Virus record (IMG/VR): IMGVR_UViG_3300012207_000001
Reading direction: 5' to 3' (one strand)
Source: a virus
DNA: 60,899 bases
Position numbers and translations under genes: made by a program. Positions 8,853 to 18,568 of the stretch are shown here, one piece after another. Each line of letters opens with the position of its first letter. The stretch's first letter is position 1. Below the pieces are notes generated by a model, which was not told the DNA's origin, ran no database searches, and was given only the letters and a program-made list of their open reading frames with translations.

Positions 8853-9113
8853 ATGAAAGAACAATGTACCTTTGCAGGGAATGTAACCCTACCCAGTGGA
8901 GCAGTAAGCAAGCTGGTACGATGCCCAACGTGTGGCGCGTATCGTGAACTGATACAACGCCAATTTAAGGGGAATAACTATACATTCCCCCCACATACAA
9001 AAAAGACAGCAAAGCATACGGATCTTCCATCATGGCGCTACGTGTCTAGTCAATGGCAGTGGCATACCGTCTCCTATACCGTCAACCTTGTGTACGGGGG
9101 TATCGATGGATAA
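8853..9113 (+). CDS. Hypothetical small protein.
   Basis: It contains a CPTCG motif. The stop overlaps the next start (ATGGATAA). Confidence 0.45.
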   Translation: MKEQCTFAGNVTLPSGAVSKLVRCPTCGAYRELIQRQFKGNNYTFPPHTKKTAKHTDLPSWRYVSSQWQWHTVSYTVNLVYGGIDG

Positions 9114-9942
9114 CCGTACACTCTTGTACTTGCTTAAGCAACAATTTGACAGATCCTTTCGCGACTGGGATAAAAACCAGCCTGCTCGTACTGGATTGCA
9201 TGCCAGCTCTGTACTGGAGTCTGAATCAGACTTTTGTACACGTCAACATGTTCTGGCTGAAAAGTTCCCACAGACCAGGCAGGCAAAAGACCAGTACTTA
9301 CCCTCATTGCAAAAATTTGTGAACGGTTGGGCACTACACAAAAAATGGCAGGAGGATCTAATCGGCCCGTCAGGACTGGTCAAGTACTCAGAAGATCCTG
9401 ATGGTTTGGAACTTGACCTTACCCATATCGATTTTGAGACCGGTATACACTTCAGCCCTGATATTATTCTTTCGTTTGCAGGGTTTACCATCCCTGTAGA
9501 AATCAAGGGTATTAACACGCTTGATTTCCAGGGATGCCCAAACTTGTACCTTGAGTCAGGGCAGTTGTACGAAGAAGCACGACCAGGCATAGTGGGAGCA
9601 ATGCTCACAGAGGCAGCAGCACGCAATAAGTCAATCCGCTCTGCCATACCTCAAATCAATCTCTACCTCCATCTCTTAGGACTTACAATGCCTCCCAACA
9701 ATCGAGGGATTATCCTCGTTGAAGACAAAAACACTCAGGAGTATGAGTTATTCGTGCATGAGTACGATCCTCAATTAGCAATCCTGCCTGTGCAGAGAGC
9801 GTTTGATGTACGTACATCAAACGAGTATTTCGATTTCAATGACGGAATGCTGCCAGAGCGTAATAGTTTATGTACGTCGATCAATAGTGCTCGTGCTAAA
9901 CGGTGCCCATTCCGTACGAAGTGTTTTACAGAAAGAGGATAA
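9106..9942 (+). CDS. PD-(D/E)XK nuclease, Cas4/RecB-like exonuclease.
   Basis: FSPDIIL...IPVEIKG is a D...ExK core. One N-terminal Cys (SDFCTRQH) and the C-terminal CTSINSARAKRCPFRTKC resemble the Cas4 Fe-S ligand pattern. Confidence 0.55.
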   Translation: MDNRTLLYLLKQQFDRSFRDWDKNQPARTGLHASSVLESESDFCTRQHVLAEKFPQTRQAKDQYLPSLQKFVNGWALHKKWQEDLIGPSGLVKYSEDPDGLELDLTHIDFETGIHFSPDIILSFAGFTIPVEIKGINTLDFQGCPNLYLESGQLYEEARPGIVGAMLTEAAARNKSIRSAIPQINLYLHLLGLTMPPNNRGIILVEDKNTQEYELFVHEYDPQLAILPVQRAFDVRTSNEYFDFNDGMLPERNSLCTSINSARAKRCPFRTKCFTERG

Positions 9943-10156
9943 AAGTAAATGACATTAGAATATGAACTGAGATAGGTTGCAATAGAGCATGATATGCTTT
10001 TAGTCGCGCCATACTGGTATACAGACTTGAATTGTTTCACATTTCATACAGAGAAAATGATTGATTGTCGCTGGATAGAGCACAAATTTTACCCGGCAGA
10101 GAGTCCAGAGGATTGTATAGCGCGTAAACTAGGTGCAATCGAGGAGGATAAGTAAG

Positions 10157-10420
10157 ATGAATAATAACGAATTGTATGCGCTAGCGCAGTCTATGCAGGC
10201 AACAATTGAAGCCCTTACCAGATCCGTAAAAGCTCAGGAGAAGTACATAGAAGACTGCCAAAGCCTTATCAAAGCTTATCATGAATACGCGCTAGGCTTT
10301 AATCATGTGGCTGGCCTTGAGGCTCTGAGAGAACTGTATGATTTATCGGTAGATGCGGCCCGTCTCTGTGCAAACGTGACCATGGTCCTGAAGCACAAAG
10401 CGTTAGAGGAGGAGGATTAA
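10157..10420 (+). CDS. Hypothetical protein.
   Basis: The ATG is preceded by GAGGAGGA. The track ORF start at 10133 is a GTG with no RBS. Confidence 0.5.
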   Translation: MNNNELYALAQSMQATIEALTRSVKAQEKYIEDCQSLIKAYHEYALGFNHVAGLEALRELYDLSVDAARLCANVTMVLKHKALEEED

Positions 10421-10440
10421 CCAGTTTTCCTAATCATCTG

Positions 10441-10488
10441 AAACTGATTGATAAAGTACTTGACATACTGAATGTGTCGTGGTATACT
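10441..10488 (+). promoter_or_regulatory. Copy of the conserved early promoter cassette.
   Basis: aaactGATTGAtaaagtacTTGACAtactgaatgtgtcgtggTATACT, with a 17-nt spacer. Confidence 0.65.
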
Positions 10489-10540
10489 TCTTTCTGTAAG
10501 CGAAGTTAAAAGAGAAAAGCACACAGAAAGAAGTACAACT

Positions 10541-10855
10541 ATGATAGCACAAAGCACACCCCGCAAGTCAATGCCAAAGCAGGCAGCACTGGCCCGTCGT
10601 TTAAACGCTTGTAGCGTTACTCCTGCCCAGCACGTTCTTGATGCAACCGTTGTTTTCCCAGAGACAGAGAAGCGCAATCTTATCAAGCGCGTAGCCAAAT
10701 ACGCAAACCTCTATTTCATCCGTTCCGACAAGTTCATCAATCGTTTTTACATCCTGACAGCCAAAGACAACGTGGTTAATTGCTCATGCAGAGAAGAGAA
10801 TTGCATGCATCTTACAAAAGTTATCCTCCACGAAATAGAGGAGAACGTCGCATAA
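10541..10855 (+). CDS. SWIM-type zinc-finger protein.
   Basis: CSCREENCMH matches the CxCxnCxH SWIM signature. The ATG at 10541 lies downstream of the promoter at 10460-10488. Confidence 0.5.
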   Translation: MIAQSTPRKSMPKQAALARRLNACSVTPAQHVLDATVVFPETEKRNLIKRVAKYANLYFIRSDKFINRFYILTAKDNVVNCSCREENCMHLTKVILHEIEENVA

Positions 10856-11061
10856 TGGGAACAACAATCGTCAGTTACGCGTGTGGTCATTCCACACGCA
10901 ACAGCAATTTTGACCGTCTGGATACCACCTACTCCAGCGCAGATGCGTGCATGGACTGTTTTAAATCTACGCATCGATTGCTGCAAGAGAATGAATCTTT
11001 AAGCCAATTCGTTGCCAGAAAGATGGCTGAGCAGGAACGCAAGCCCTCGAAGTTTCAGTAG
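10855..11061 (+). CDS. Hypothetical Cys-containing small protein.
   Basis: The start overlaps the upstream stop (TAATG). It translates MGTTIVSYACGHS...CMDCF. Confidence 0.4.
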   Translation: MGTTIVSYACGHSTRNSNFDRLDTTYSSADACMDCFKSTHRLLQENESLSQFVARKMAEQERKPSKFQ

Positions 11062-11077
11062 ATATTTTTACCTACTG

Positions 11078-11125
11078 AAACTGAGTGATAAAATGCTCGA
11101 CAGACTATCGGACACGTGTTAGAAT
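11078..11125 (+). promoter_or_regulatory. Copy of the conserved early promoter cassette, variant -35 TCGACA.
   Basis: gaaactgaGTGAtaaaatgcTCGACAgactatcggacacgtgtTAGAAT. Confidence 0.55.
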
Positions 11126-11168
11126 CCTAATGTGAAGTCAAACAATTGAACGAAAGCGAGAAAATATC

Positions 11169-11543
11169 ATGGAAAACTTTGAGAAATTTATTGAAGAAGT
11201 TCGTACGCAGTTGCAGCCAGCGCCGCGTGCTAATGCCACGGCAAATACGTTGGAACAATTGCAGTCATACCTTGATGATAATGTGTCTCTGTCCGATCTG
11301 GCTGTTGCATGGTCCAGACTTGCAGTACCGCAAGATAGCGATGACGCACCCACAGCAGCACGTCGTCGTACTTGCAGTGAGTTGGCAACAATTGCCGCTC
11401 AACTCGATCCAAGTAAAGGTGATGTCTCTGCTGCAATTAAAGCCTGGCAGATGTGGCATACTACTTTCATACTATCGGATGATCCGCGTCATGTAATTAT
11501 GACAAGTACCTTTGCACGCGAGCTCCGCGAACTACAAGCGTAG
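11169..11543 (+). CDS. Hypothetical protein.
   Basis: 124-aa ORF downstream of the promoter and followed by a strong terminator. Confidence 0.5.
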   Translation: MENFEKFIEEVRTQLQPAPRANATANTLEQLQSYLDDNVSLSDLAVAWSRLAVPQDSDDAPTAARRRTCSELATIAAQLDPSKGDVSAAIKAWQMWHTTFILSDDPRHVIMTSTFARELRELQA

Positions 11544-11558
11544 TTTTTCCACGAACAT

Positions 11559-11612
11559 CAACACAAAAAACACTCTCAATGATTTCGGCAATTGAGAGTG
11601 TTTTTTGTGTTG
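11559..11612. terminator. Long bidirectional terminator separating the early (+) and late (-) transcription units.
   Basis: caacacaaaaaacactctcaat / attgagagtgttttttgtgttg form 22-bp arms with a 10-nt loop. U-runs are present in both orientations. Confidence 0.75.
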
Positions 11613-11694
11613 AAATTTTATATGTTCGGTGTACCAATCTGATTATATTCTCGCCGTTGGCACAAGAGCCAAACGTATGCTACTAGTATATCAA

Positions 11695-12294
11695 TTACGT
11701 CAAGTTATTCGATGCGGGTAAGCCTGCCTTTATAAACTGACCAGTAACCCCGCCCGTTATTGCCGCTAGCTGGTTTTGTGGAACATTAGCCAGCAGATCA
11801 ACTTGTGCAGGAGGTTTGACAACAGCAATAGTTTGCGTTGGCATGTCAGGGACACTCTGTACAACTTTCGGTATGTAGTTCAACACAGGAGCGGGAGGAA
11901 CGCTACCCCCACTAGGTACGCTCTGTACTGGTTGTAACGTGACTTGTGTAGTCAGGGTTGTAATGACGTTGTTCAATGTAGCGATAGTGGATCTATGAGA
12001 GCCTAGTACTTCCGTGTAGGCATCCTCTGTAGCCTGGCAGATCTGCGTCATGTGGGCAGGCACATAGTTCTTAAGTGAAGACGCAAAGGCCGCGCCAAAT
12101 GCGACCAGTCCAATATTGATAAGGACAGGAAGGTCTAATCCGATTGAGATGTATGATAGACCAATGGCAGAGATGGTAGCGGCTCCGGCCCCGATAAGTA
12201 GTGACCATAGCCCCGATATGACGAGCTGCTGAGCTGGGGTAAACGTAAACTTCTTTTTTACGGTTGTAGTCGTTGTTTCTGTTGTCACGCTCAT
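11695..12294 (-). CDS. Putative holin or lysis membrane protein.
   Basis: Two to three hydrophobic helices (LVISGLWSLLIGAGAATISAIGL, PVLINIGLVAFGAAFA). It is the last gene of the late operon, directly after the endolysin. Confidence 0.4.
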   Translation of the reverse strand: MSVTTETTTTTVKKKFTFTPAQQLVISGLWSLLIGAGAATISAIGLSYISIGLDLPVLINIGLVAFGAAFASSLKNYVPAHMTQICQATEDAYTEVLGSHRSTIATLNNVITTLTTQVTLQPVQSVPSGGSVPPAPVLNYIPKVVQSVPDMPTQTIAVVKPPAQVDLLANVPQNQLAAITGGVTGQFIKAGLPASNNLT

Positions 12295-12296
12295 AT

Positions 12297-13262
12297 TTAT
12301 GCGATATCCTCCTTGATTTTCTGTAGTTTCATTTGTGTTTGTACCAATTGTGACTTTGCAGTGTCTAACTGACCAGCCAACGAGTTGTATTGTTCCACTG
12401 ATACGCCGATGGGTATAACCTCCTCATGTGAGAGATAGACAGGTCCAGCCCCGGGAGGATAGTCTAGGATGTGAGCAGGGTCGTACGTCACTCTTATTTT
12501 TCTCTCGAAATCTTGTGCAACTATCTCAGGATGACCGGGTACTTTCAAGCTATATTCGTTCGATGTCGGTAAGCCCAGATGGGTTAGGCCACAAAGCCCA
12601 CTAGTACCCAACGTCCGATAGAAGGTAAGTATTCCCCCGCCCACAATGAAATCATGCCCTTTGACTTTACAATGCCACATACCATTCGTGGCAGGCTCGT
12701 AGTAGTTCGAGACACCAGGAGTATCAAGCGATATTGCCACAGGCTTATCAATCCTTTCTAATATCCATATTTCATTTTCTCTCATGTCTCTCTGCCATGC
12801 CGCGTCAGTTTTCGTGACCGTTTTTGCAATAAAGGGGTCCATAGCAGAGAGGTAGCCAGGGTTTTCCCCGTACAACACGATGACATGGGTCCATCCTTCG
12901 TACTGAGGTAGAGATGTGTTGACGTACGGGTCATCAATTGTAAACAAAAGCGGATGACCCGCCTGCAAGTGTGCATGCGCCTGGTCTATCAAGGTGGTAG
13001 GGCTGCCGTCAACCGGGTACAGATGTACATTCCAGTGGCTACAGTACTGCACATAAGCGTTTGCGGCTTGCCCGCCCGACCAGGCAGACCCGTACACAAT
13101 TTCCTTGAGGATACCACCCTCGAACGATTGACCGGTCAGGTACTGCATGCCAGCCGCTATCGAGGTCGGTACACAGTCAAAGGCACCATTGGCATCTTTG
13201 CTTCCATCTTGTAGCACCGTACTATTCTGATTTTTAAAAGGAAAGTCTACTAATACAACCAA
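12297..13262 (-). CDS. Putative endolysin with an N-terminal papain-like (C39-like) cysteine peptidase domain.
   Basis: NGAFDCVPTSIAAG is an active-site Cys context and there are downstream His residues. TTG start with a GGAGG RBS. The position next to the holin candidate fits. Confidence 0.5.
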   Translation of the reverse strand: MVVLVDFPFKNQNSTVLQDGSKDANGAFDCVPTSIAAGMQYLTGQSFEGGILKEIVYGSAWSGGQAANAYVQYCSHWNVHLYPVDGSPTTLIDQAHAHLQAGHPLLFTIDDPYVNTSLPQYEGWTHVIVLYGENPGYLSAMDPFIAKTVTKTDAAWQRDMRENEIWILERIDKPVAISLDTPGVSNYYEPATNGMWHCKVKGHDFIVGGGILTFYRTLGTSGLCGLTHLGLPTSNEYSLKVPGHPEIVAQDFERKIRVTYDPAHILDYPPGAGPVYLSHEEVIPIGVSVEQYNSLAGQLDTAKSQLVQTQMKLQKIKEDIA

Positions 13263-13279
13263 TACTTTTACCTCCTGCT

Positions 13280-14449
13280 CTAGAATAATAAGCCAGTATG
13301 CATAGCCCTACGCGACCGCAACACACTCTGCCCTGACGATGCGTTATACACGTTGGCTACAAGCGCATCAGCCCATAACTGTCGTAATGCCGCGTATCCA
13401 TCTGGATCTACTGGATGTATGTGGTCTGAAGCGTTAATCAAGCTCTGATTTGCATTGAAATACGCGTACAAGTCAGGACCAACTAGCGACGTTGGATAAG
13501 ATGCGCGTAACTGTGCAAGTTTTGTATTAATGATTGGAACGTTGGCCAGCAAATTGGTCGTTCCTCCCCACGTTATTGTTTTTGGCATGACGGGTATCTT
13601 GCCAGCGCTGATTACTGCATTCAACATCGTCGTCATGCTGGTTACAAACGTATTTGCGAAGTTTGGATCTCCTGCGGCAGCATTATTAGCGTCATTCGTG
13701 CCATAGCAGAGCCCTACGTACTTTGCAGAGGTAAGGGGGAGCCATGTACTGATGTTACTTGCACCGTCACTCGATAATAGCCCCCCTATACCTCCATTTT
13801 CCATAAGCGGAAAATAAGACGATTTCTCTGCATGGATAAGCATAGAGATATTGCCATTCCCTATCGTCTGGCTATCATGATCAAAACCGCGTTGGGTTAT
13901 CGAGTCACCATAGAATATCCAGTCGTCCCCGATCCCTGATGACGCGTTATGGACATCCATATTGCACTGTGCATTGTTGTTTGAGGCAGAGCCTAGCACG
14001 TCGGTTATACGCATACGGACCCAACGGTACCCGGTAAGATCTATAGCGTGCTGGCGGCTATGGTAGACACTGCCAGATACGGTAACTAGCGTGTTCCATC
14101 CGGTGCCAGGCAGTGAGCCCCCTGCAGCCATATTAGCATCGATAGTATACCCGGCAGGGGTGTTGTTATAGTTGTTTGAAATGATGGTAGGGTTATACGC
14201 GCCCGTTACCGGTTCGTTGTACCAGGCAAGAACACACGGTCCTAGCGGGGCGGCCCCTGATAGGTCGTAAGCCAGATAGACCGCCTGTGTAAGCGTTCCT
14301 GAATTGCCAGAGGCAGGAGCGGTTGCACATCTCCAGTAATTCAGATAGTTGCTATCATTGGCTTGACCGGCAGGAAACGCGCCCGAAAAGTCATCATTAG
14401 AATAGGCTGGTACTCCTCTTGAGATAACAGGCATCGATATCACGGTCAT
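13280..14449 (-). CDS. SGNH/GDSL hydrolase (esterase) with an N-terminal beta-sandwich domain, probably tail-associated.
   Basis: Block I FYGDSIT, block III YGTNDAN and block V DHIHP. It lies in the tail-fibre region. Confidence 0.65.
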   Translation of the reverse strand: MTVISMPVISRGVPAYSNDDFSGAFPAGQANDSNYLNYWRCATAPASGNSGTLTQAVYLAYDLSGAAPLGPCVLAWYNEPVTGAYNPTIISNNYNNTPAGYTIDANMAAGGSLPGTGWNTLVTVSGSVYHSRQHAIDLTGYRWVRMRITDVLGSASNNNAQCNMDVHNASSGIGDDWIFYGDSITQRGFDHDSQTIGNGNISMLIHAEKSSYFPLMENGGIGGLLSSDGASNISTWLPLTSAKYVGLCYGTNDANNAAAGDPNFANTFVTSMTTMLNAVISAGKIPVMPKTITWGGTTNLLANVPIINTKLAQLRASYPTSLVGPDLYAYFNANQSLINASDHIHPVDPDGYAALRQLWADALVANVYNASSGQSVLRSRRAMHTGLLF

Positions 14450-15078
14450 GGTAGCATCAGCCCCGTTCTTGTTTTTCTATGCAGGAACGTACTCCCGTTT
14501 GCAGTATTGTCTGTGATGGTTATGTGGTCTGCATAGACCTGACCGCCTGCCCCGTTCGTAGTTAAGCCAAACTGACCAGCCGTTGTGTAGGTCGTGCTGG
14601 TCGTATCGATGTTCCATGTACCTGGCTCCGGGCTCCCGTCATCAGGCCATACACGGATCTGACAATGGCTGTTCTGCATAACGGTTCGTGTCCAGTAGAA
14701 ACCATTCACACTTGCACTAGGAATAGTTCCCGTTGCAATGCTGTTGAATGAGCCTCCTGATAGGAACGCGAATAAAACACCCTCAAACAACGCCATGAAG
14801 TAGCCATTTCCCGCCGATTGCACACGAAAGTATGGGCCTACCCCCGCGTCAGTATTCCCATTTTGTGATAGCCTTGCCAGGAAGTTAATGTTTTTCGTTG
14901 TCTTTGAACCGAGCAAAGACGACGGAAAACTATTACCTCCCTGAAAAAAGATTTCATTGGAGGCAATGCCCACAACAGGGGAGCCCGTTGCAGCACTCCA
15001 GGTTTGACCGTCTGATGCATTTCCCATACTTGAGGGGTTATCAGCTCTGATAGCGGTATCCACTGCAAGAACAGTCAT
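14446..15078 (-). CDS. Tail-fibre-associated protein with a ConA/LamG-like module.
   Basis: RVWPDDGSPEPGTWNI and the surrounding beta-rich sequence are paralogous to the C-terminus of the 807-aa protein (RVWADGTLEPTTWQV). Confidence 0.45.
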   Translation of the reverse strand: MTVLAVDTAIRADNPSSMGNASDGQTWSAATGSPVVGIASNEIFFQGGNSFPSSLLGSKTTKNINFLARLSQNGNTDAGVGPYFRVQSAGNGYFMALFEGVLFAFLSGGSFNSIATGTIPSASVNGFYWTRTVMQNSHCQIRVWPDDGSPEPGTWNIDTTSTTYTTAGQFGLTTNGAGGQVYADHITITDNTANGSTFLHRKTRTGLMLP

Positions 15079-15079
15079 G

Positions 15080-16150
15080 CTACAACCAACCTCGTACTAC
15101 AACATTCCCACTGCTTGAGCCATTAATGTTGGGCGTGCCTGTACTCTGCAAGTGAACTGCTGTAACCTGCACATCTAAGAACAATGTTTGACCAGCCGCT
15201 AACAATGGGCTCCCTGCCGTTGTTGCAACATCAAGATCAAAATTGACTGATGACGCGCTATTATTTTGGATCATGACGTGATTAACGACCGTTGTTCCTC
15301 CTGCCCCCCACTTGAATGCGGCATCGGTATTGGCAACCAGGACGGTCGGATTACTGCCAAACACTGACACGTAACCAGGAGCGGTACTACTGAGCACAGG
15401 GAGAGCGTTAGAGCCTACTGCTATTGAAGTGCCTGTGACTGCTTGTATCGTTGCGGTCGCATTCAGATTAGCGGCTGTAGTCTGTGTGGCGGCTGTGGTA
15501 GATCCGCTATCGCTTACCACATGTCCGATGACAGCAGAACTTGCGTCATTAATGACATGGCCAATAACATTCGTACCGGCAGGCAAAGCCCCTGCAATGG
15601 CAGAGACCGTTACCCGCCCACTAGAGTCGATGGCTAGTTTGTTGCTACCTGCCCCGTCAAGCACTTCTACAGAGCCAATATTGACCCCGGCAGCACTGGC
15701 AAGTGCTATGGCTGTTGCAGCAACAATCTGCACAAATGCCGGGTTACTCAGTGTGTTGGGGCTTCCCCCGATGTTTAGATCAACTTCTTGCACGATTAAT
15801 CCTCCTATATATTCGGCTGTAGGTAAAATCACGAGTGTTATCGGATCAAGTTCCCGTACGGCTGGTGATTCAGCAGGCAATTTAACATTTATCCAGAGCC
15901 GCCCAACGATCGGTGCGGCCACATCTACGAGCGTAAATTGATACGATGCCTCCCCTGACATGGCAGACACAATAGCGAAGTTAGCTGTAGTTAACCTCGT
16001 AACCGTTCCTGCCTGGTCAACAATAAAACCAGTGAAGACAGCGCCGGTTATATTGCATACGCTCCCATCCTCGTTAAAGACCGTGAACGGCAGGACAGGT
16101 GCTATTTTTGCTGTATAGGCTTGTACGAAGTCTGGGCTAATGGTTGACAT
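15080..16150 (-). CDS. Tail fibre or receptor-binding-like protein with PAGTNVIGHV repeats.
   Basis: LPAGTNVIGHVINDASSAVIGHVVSDSGSTT is paralogous to the repeats in 46367..48097. Confidence 0.55.
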   Translation of the reverse strand: MSTISPDFVQAYTAKIAPVLPFTVFNEDGSVCNITGAVFTGFIVDQAGTVTRLTTANFAIVSAMSGEASYQFTLVDVAAPIVGRLWINVKLPAESPAVRELDPITLVILPTAEYIGGLIVQEVDLNIGGSPNTLSNPAFVQIVAATAIALASAAGVNIGSVEVLDGAGSNKLAIDSSGRVTVSAIAGALPAGTNVIGHVINDASSAVIGHVVSDSGSTTAATQTTAANLNATATIQAVTGTSIAVGSNALPVLSSTAPGYVSVFGSNPTVLVANTDAAFKWGAGGTTVVNHVMIQNNSASSVNFDLDVATTAGSPLLAAGQTLFLDVQVTAVHLQSTGTPNINGSSSGNVVVRGWL

Positions 16151-16247
16151 ATTTCTTGCATTCCCCCTTGATTTCGAGGTATGCCCATAGCCACAAGCAA
16201 GCAGTTAGAGTATACCTGAGTGTTGTTATTATCAGTATATCCATGTG

Positions 16248-16622
16248 CTAAGTGCCTCCTGTTGTCGTATCAGGCTTACGTGTTGACTTGCGTACAATGT
16301 TCCGTGTTGACGCCCTATTATCTTCGATGGTAATCATTTCCCCTTCGATGGTTAAAAAAATTGACTTTTGCTTCAGAGCAGAGCAGATAGTTTCAATCAC
16401 CCCTGACAACCGGTTGTTTTCTTTCTCCATTGAAAGATATTTCTTCTCCAGAGAATTTACTTCTCCTTCAAGCGTATCTATGCGTTGACGCATAGCCTCC
16501 ATTGTTTCTTTCTGCTCTTGAGCGGCCCCGCCCTTTTTTGTATTTCGATACATGAATGCAGTACCAAATATGCCAGCGAGTCCCACTAGAAAAGTACAGA
16601 CCGTGACAATTGAATTAAGCAT
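16248..16622 (-). CDS. Membrane-anchored coiled-coil protein.
   Basis: N-terminal TM helix (IVTVCTFLVGLAGIFGTAFMY) followed by heptad-rich EAMRQRIDTLEGEVNSLEKKYLSMEKEN. Confidence 0.5.
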   Translation of the reverse strand: MLNSIVTVCTFLVGLAGIFGTAFMYRNTKKGGAAQEQKETMEAMRQRIDTLEGEVNSLEKKYLSMEKENNRLSGVIETICSALKQKSIFLTIEGEMITIEDNRASTRNIVRKSTRKPDTTTGGT

Positions 16623-16637
16623 GATGAAATCCTTCCC

Positions 16638-18536
16638 CTACAATGAAAAACTTTTAAAGACTAATAACCAGTTTTGCAGATTAGCCCCCTCTGTTCCTGT
16701 CAATTGATATTCATACAGGACAGTGCCATCACTCTGCATTTGCGTGCTTGTCTGTATTTGCGTGAGCAAGAGTTGACGATTGATTAACCCCTGAGCAGGG
16801 ATGAATACAGGAATAATCATGCCACTGGCAAGCCCTGATCTTCTGGTTGTTGCCACGGCTTGTACTGCGCTATTGTTACCATATCTCGATAGTAACCCGT
16901 TAGCCATGACTAGCGCGTTACTGGCTAGCATCCCTTTTCCATCTACAATATTTTCGATAATGCCGGTCGTACCAATCTCGACTAAGGCTCTGGCTATTTG
17001 CTCTGTCAAGTTGTCTGCAACTACTGTTTTCGGAAATTGTCCGATATATTGGAACTTGATGCCAGTACCGGCCGCTATCTTTGCAGATGCGCTATCCTGA
17101 CCGATTGCATTATTTCCTGCCTGCCAGTAAAACGTTTTCCCTGTATCAACTCCCTGTATTCCTACTGATTGTACTGTACTATTAATGGAGATAGCAGGAG
17201 CACTGTATAAAGGATAGGCCATCTGCCAGCTTGTTGCAGTTCCATCGGCTATTTTTGTCTCAGTTTGTAGTGATGTGATGTCAATGCAGTTTGTTACCAC
17301 TTGCCTGGTACGGTACAAATCTGCAATCGAGGAAGGAGTAACAGACGGATCACGCAGGAAATCAGTATCGGCATACAGCACAAACGGGGCAGGGCTTGCC
17401 TGTCTACCCATGAAAGATAATGCCCCTGTTTTGTCGATATTCCAGGTAAAATCCCCACTGGCAGAGGCAATAGAATCCATCTCTGCATTTAAGAATGCTG
17501 AAAAGGGCGTGGTCGGATCATGCAACTGAGGAATAAGTACGCCTTGTGCTATGCTAGGACTACGAGCGGATGTAGTCAGGTCTAGTAGTTGCGGCTGTTG
17601 TGCGGGGTCGGTTGTAGTCATGGTCACCTGAGTATAGACGTGATCCGCAGTAATGGTATCCCCGGCAGGAGTGCCACTTACGTAGTCGCCTCGCGGCTGT
17701 ATACGCAGTTGATAATAGCGTGACGTTCCTCCATCGTTCCTCAACCCTACCTGACCAGAGGCAAGAGGGGAGCCATCGGTAAACGTTTGCACAACCTGTC
17801 CATCAAAAGAAATAGTGATTACCGCGCCCAACATGGTTACGCGGAAACGCTTGTACGGACTACTGCCAGACGTTGCCCGATGCCACATAACCGTACTTGC
17901 ACTGCCTAGTAGCGTACGAGTTCCACTAGCGACCTTATAGAGTCGTAGCGTGCTGGTAAATCCCCCTGATGCACTATCGTCATAGCATCCTAGTTCATAA
18001 TAGTTACTTGCATCAACAAAGTGCCAAACCAGCCCCCCCGCGTCCGATCGGTCCATGTCACACAAGATATCAACATCCCCGGCAGTAATGCTGGTAAATA
18101 GGTATAAGCTCCCACTGCCCCCTGCAAGAGTGACACGTCTATTTGCGATATCATACGTAACAGTTGCGTTGCTACCTCCACTCTTGTGCGTGTTGGTGTA
18201 GTTCGCACTACTATCAACAGAGAAAATATCAACCGTTGGGTCTGTTTGTCCATTCAATCCTGTGATAGCGGCCCCATTGGTTGCAGTCGAGAAGTTGATG
18301 CCGTCTAGTGATGTTTTGACGGTCAAGGAAGTGCCTACCGGGGTGTTAGCAGTCCAGAGTACTGACGAGCTAGCCAGCCTGTCTAGTACAGGTGCAAGCG
18401 ATAAACCAGGATCAGGGTACTGAGTAACACGAAAGAGATCATAGGAGACGGTACCCGTACCATTTGCGCCAAATCCAAATTGACCGCCCGTAAGTATGGC
18501 GAGATTTGGGCCTGGCAGACGAACCACGTAAGGCAT
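16638..18536 (-). CDS. Tail or baseplate protein with a ConA/LamG-like domain.
   Basis: 632 aa in the tail module. NYYELGCYDD...LRLYKV...GQVGLRNDGGTSRYYQLRIQP resembles the LamG-like modules of 19812..22235 and 14446..15078. Confidence 0.5.
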   Translation of the reverse strand: MPYVVRLPGPNLAILTGGQFGFGANGTGTVSYDLFRVTQYPDPGLSLAPVLDRLASSSVLWTANTPVGTSLTVKTSLDGINFSTATNGAAITGLNGQTDPTVDIFSVDSSANYTNTHKSGGSNATVTYDIANRRVTLAGGSGSLYLFTSITAGDVDILCDMDRSDAGGLVWHFVDASNYYELGCYDDSASGGFTSTLRLYKVASGTRTLLGSASTVMWHRATSGSSPYKRFRVTMLGAVITISFDGQVVQTFTDGSPLASGQVGLRNDGGTSRYYQLRIQPRGDYVSGTPAGDTITADHVYTQVTMTTTDPAQQPQLLDLTTSARSPSIAQGVLIPQLHDPTTPFSAFLNAEMDSIASASGDFTWNIDKTGALSFMGRQASPAPFVLYADTDFLRDPSVTPSSIADLYRTRQVVTNCIDITSLQTETKIADGTATSWQMAYPLYSAPAISINSTVQSVGIQGVDTGKTFYWQAGNNAIGQDSASAKIAAGTGIKFQYIGQFPKTVVADNLTEQIARALVEIGTTGIIENIVDGKGMLASNALVMANGLLSRYGNNSAVQAVATTRRSGLASGMIIPVFIPAQGLINRQLLLTQIQTSTQMQSDGTVLYEYQLTGTEGANLQNWLLVFKSFSL

Positions 18537-18568
18537 TGGTATGTTCTCCTATTCACACAACGACACGA

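Noticed and set aside
15429-15941. 170-aa plus-strand ORF, and similar antisense ORFs at 25530..25958, 50374..50874, 42428..42814, 7380..8033 and 5249..5671.
   Set aside because: They lie entirely antisense within well-supported genes, lack an RBS and have low-complexity translations. They are shadow ORFs.
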